45,280 nucleotides of DNA, from the IMG/VR virus record IMGVR_UViG_3300027656_000001, positions 1 to 45,280 of that record. One strand, 5' to 3'. The notes beneath the pieces are model-generated. The model did no database searches. It had not been told where the DNA came from and saw only the letters and a list, made by a program, of their open reading frames with translations. The DNA comes from a virus. Its lineage: Duplodnaviria > Caudoviricetes. This document shows, in pieces, positions 42,615-45,280 of this stretch. How positions within the stretch are numbered: position 1 is the first letter of the stretch; every line of letters begins with the position of its first letter. The translations under genes were made by a program, and so were the position numbers.

Positions 42615-44423
42615 ATGGCTCTATCTCCAGAACAGCTTCAGACGCGGCTACTCTCGGATTTTTCTTTCTTCTTACGGATCCTATGGAGACACCTGGGTCT
42701 ACCGGAGCCCACCCGGGCACAGCTAGCAATGGCCCGGTATCTCCAGCATGGAGGACCAAGGATCCAGCTCCAGATGTTTCGAGGCTGCGGCAAGTCCTGG
42801 GTGACGGCCGCCTTCGTGATCTGGACCCTCTACTGCGACGTGAACAAGAAGGTCCTGGTCGTCTCCGCATCCAAGCAGCGGGCCGACGACTTCAGCCTAT
42901 TCGTCCAACGCTGCATCGTAGACTTCCCATTCCTGCAACACCTCGACAACTCTGGCAAGGACAACCGGTGGAGCCGGGTTGCCTTTGATGTAAGGGGAGC
43001 CGAACCTTCCCAAAGTCCAAGCGTCAAGAGTGTTGGTATCACGTCGGCCATGACCGGCTCCAGGGCTGACCTGATCGTACCCGACGACATCGAAAACCCC
43101 GGCAACTCAGCAACCGACATCCAACGGGAGAAGCTGCTCCAGCTGACGACCGAGTTCGAGTCGATCCTGGTGCCGAAGCCTTCCTCGCGCATCATCTACC
43201 TCGGCACACCCCAGAGCCTCTTCACCGTATACTCCAAGCTCGAGGTCCGGGGCTACAAGGCCCTCGTGTGGCCCAGCCGGTATCCGACTGAGGAGACCAT
43301 CTCCAGCTACGACGGGCGGCTGGCTGAGGAACTCGAGACCGACATCAGGGAGTCGACTCTGGCTGCAGTAGCCGGCCAGCCCACCGACACCCGATTCAGT
43401 GATGCCCTTCTGCGGGAGCGGGAGATCGTCATGGGCAAGGCGAACTTCCAGCTTCAATTCCAGCTGGACACCTCGATGTCCGACCTCCTCCGATATCCAC
43501 TGCGCCTCGGTGACATCCCGGTGGTCAGCCTGGATCCCCGCAAGTGCCCTGGCACGGTGATCTGGTCCCAGGACCCAGCCAACCGCATCTCGGATCTCGA
43601 GGCCATCAGCCTACCCGGAGACCACTGGTTCCGGCCGGCACGTCTTGGTGACGACTGGCTAGACTGGCCAGGCGATACGATCATCGCTGTCGACCCGAGT
43701 GGACGCGGCAAGGACGAGACCGGCGTGGTGATCCTCAGCCAGGTGGCTGGCAACATCTACCTACGGGCCCTGAGAGGCTTCCGGGAGGGCTACTCCGATG
43801 CGACCCTGACGGCCATCTTGAAGCTGGGCCTGCAGCACAAGGCTACGATGTGCCTGGTCGAGTCCAACTTCGGGGACGGGACAGTCATCGCTCTCCTTCA
43901 AAAACATGCGAGGGAGCTACAGATCCCCATGACCTTCGAGGAGACCCGGGCCTTCGTCAGGAAGGAGGAGCGGATCCTAGATGCCCTGGAGCCGGTGACC
44001 ACGCAGCACAGGCTCGTCGTCGACCGTGGGGTAGTCGAGTACGACCTCCAGAGTAACCAGGACCTACCCCTGGAGGAGCGCCTCCAGAAGACCCTGGCCT
44101 ACCAGCTGACCCGCCTTAGCCGGGACAAGGGTGCCCTCAAGCATGATGACAGGGTCGACGCCCTGGCTATGGGGGTCGCCTACTTCACCGATCGGCTCAA
44201 CGTGAGCCAGTTCGAGGAATCCAAGCACATCAGGAACGAGGCCTTCATGGCCATGCTAACCCGGGCCGAAAAGGACGGCGTGGCCTTTGCTGACGAGCTG
44301 GTCCTGGGGGACACCAGGCAGAAGCTGGCGGATCGGGCGAAGCGGGAAGAACAGGCTCGAGATCGGCCGAGGATGGGGGGCAATGTGTCGGAGCGGACTC
44401 GGAAGGCCAGTGGACGGAACTGA
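42615..44423 (+). CDS. terL: Terminase large subunit (gp19-like)
   Basis: FRGCGKSW, TGSRAD...DDIE, YLGTPQ, VDPSGRG.DE, HDDR.DAL. Confidence 0.97.
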   Translation: MALSPEQLQTRLLSDFSFFLRILWRHLGLPEPTRAQLAMARYLQHGGPRIQLQMFRGCGKSWVTAAFVIWTLYCDVNKKVLVVSASKQRADDFSLFVQRCIVDFPFLQHLDNSGKDNRWSRVAFDVRGAEPSQSPSVKSVGITSAMTGSRADLIVPDDIENPGNSATDIQREKLLQLTTEFESILVPKPSSRIIYLGTPQSLFTVYSKLEVRGYKALVWPSRYPTEETISSYDGRLAEELETDIRESTLAAVAGQPTDTRFSDALLREREIVMGKANFQLQFQLDTSMSDLLRYPLRLGDIPVVSLDPRKCPGTVIWSQDPANRISDLEAISLPGDHWFRPARLGDDWLDWPGDTIIAVDPSGRGKDETGVVILSQVAGNIYLRALRGFREGYSDATLTAILKLGLQHKATMCLVESNFGDGTVIALLQKHARELQIPMTFEETRAFVRKEERILDALEPVTTQHRLVVDRGVVEYDLQSNQDLPLEERLQKTLAYQLTRLSRDKGALKHDDRVDALAMGVAYFTDRLNVSQFEESKHIRNEAFMAMLTRAEKDGVAFADELVLGDTRQKLADRAKREEQARDRPRMGGNVSERTRKASGRN

Positions 44424-44502
44424 GGAAGGTCCTCAAAAGAGGTCGAATGGGGAAATGTACCCGATCGACCTTGGAGAGGCCTTCCCGGTCACGCTTTACT
44501 GG

Positions 44503-44811
44503 CTATTTCCCAGTAGATGCTCTCACTGCGGCTAAGCGTTCCCCTGCGGCTGCACGGTTGGCTATCTCCTCGTCGGTTAGAAAGATATTCCTTGCCGATC
44601 CATCGGAGAGGACAAGGAGCTTGTCGACCCCACGGGCCTGGTCCAAGGGGTAGTCCACCTGGTAGCCTGGGTTGAGCTCCAATGCCTTGGTGAAATGAGG
44701 GTTCCGGTGAACCAGCCCCAGGAAGATCGACCGCTTGGTGGTGTAAAAGCTGACCGTGTGGTGGGTGTGGTCGATCTGAACGGTGGTCTCGGCAATGTCG
44801 AAGGAAGGCAT
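44503..44811 (-). CDS. Lone antisense hypothetical protein (102 aa)
   Basis: Sits in the gap after terL; genome-like codon usage on the minus strand; AGGAG and extended -10 upstream. Confidence 0.7.
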   Translation of the reverse strand: MPSFDIAETTVQIDHTHHTVSFYTTKRSIFLGLVHRNPHFTKALELNPGYQVDYPLDQARGVDKLLVLSDGSARNIFLTDEEIANRAAAGERLAAVRASTGK

Positions 44812-44834
44812 GGCATCTAGAGAATGACTCCTTG

Positions 44835-44843
44835 ATCCTAGCA
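44835..44843 (-). promoter_or_regulatory. Host extended -10 (TGnTAGGAT) for the antisense gene
   Basis: Minus-strand TGCTAGGAT, 24 nt upstream of ATG 44811. Confidence 0.5.
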
Positions 44844-44909
44844 CACCCTGCGGGGTGCTTTGGTGACCCCTGGACTGATTCGACACCAAGCCAGTCATGC
44901 TCTACGTTT

Positions 44910-44926
44910 TCAGAGCTTTCCAGTTA
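44910..44926 (+). promoter_or_regulatory. Predicted phage-RNAP promoter 2 near the right end (phi-OR analog)
   Basis: Identical 17-mer to 7058..7074; followed by hairpins and an AT-rich tract. Confidence 0.75.
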
Positions 44927-45168
44927 CAAGAGGGACAACGCGAAACCGCGCCCCCTGGATTCAGCCTGGTAGATGGGGATGAGACTAGAAAAAACCTCTA
45001 TAGCTTTATTCAGCTTCTTTTCTCTTTATCTCCTCATCATCCCAGTTAACATGACTATATAGTACTATAGTTGCTAGATCCTCCCATCCCCTTCTGTGTG
45101 GGTAGGGATGGCTGGGTCCAGCAGCACATGCTCAAAATCCCTTTGTGTGCCACTGGCACTGCTGCCAC

Positions 45169-45280
45169 ATGACTCAGATTACCCGCCAGCTCTCTGTCTG
45201 GCAAAGCCCCCTTGGAGAGGTGCAGCTCCATCTGACCGATCCCTATGGCCACATCAACGGTGTGGTGTCCCTTTCCACTG
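45169..45280 (+). CDS. 5' part of the junction-spanning gene (continues to 320)
   Basis: ATG 45169 is in frame with 39..320. Confidence 0.65.
   Translation, partial: MTQITRQLSVWQSPLGEVQLHLTDPYGHINGVVSLST
45182..45280. repeat. 99-bp exact end overlap (copy 2)
   Basis: Identical to 1..99. Confidence 0.95.

Noticed and set aside
45182-45280. 99-bp terminal repeat as the biological DTR
   Set aside because: The length matches a typical assembler k-mer and it lies inside a continuous ORF, so it is treated as a circularisation overlap.

Overview
An apparently complete, circularly assembled genome (about 45.18 kb unique plus a 99-bp end overlap) of a T7-like podovirus (Autographiviridae). The host is most likely a picocyanobacterium (inferred from the gene order, the cyanopodovirus-type RNR pair, MazG and DUF3310). 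Almost all genes are on the + strand, in this order: C/A-rich early accessory region (~0.8-6.2 kb), single-subunit RNA polymerase, SSB, endonuclease I, primase-helicase, DNA polymerase A, exonuclease, nucleotide metabolism genes, portal, scaffold, major capsid, tail tube A/B, internal virion proteins, tail fibre, C39+GH19 endolysin, TerS, HNH, accessory virion proteins and TerL. No integrase, psbA or hli was recognised. Two signals stand out. (1) A strand-polarised 9-mer, YCACAAGCC, occurs 13 times at intervals under 1 kb across the first 9 kb. On the minus strand it reads GGCTTGTGR, resembling E. coli Chi and oriented as RecBCD entering from the left end would read it; the array ends just before a very acidic DNA-mimic-like gene. 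(2) A 150-250 bp promoter/hairpin element is present twice, once as an in-frame insertion inside the RNAP gene and once near the right end. All calls come from reading motifs by eye; no searches were run.
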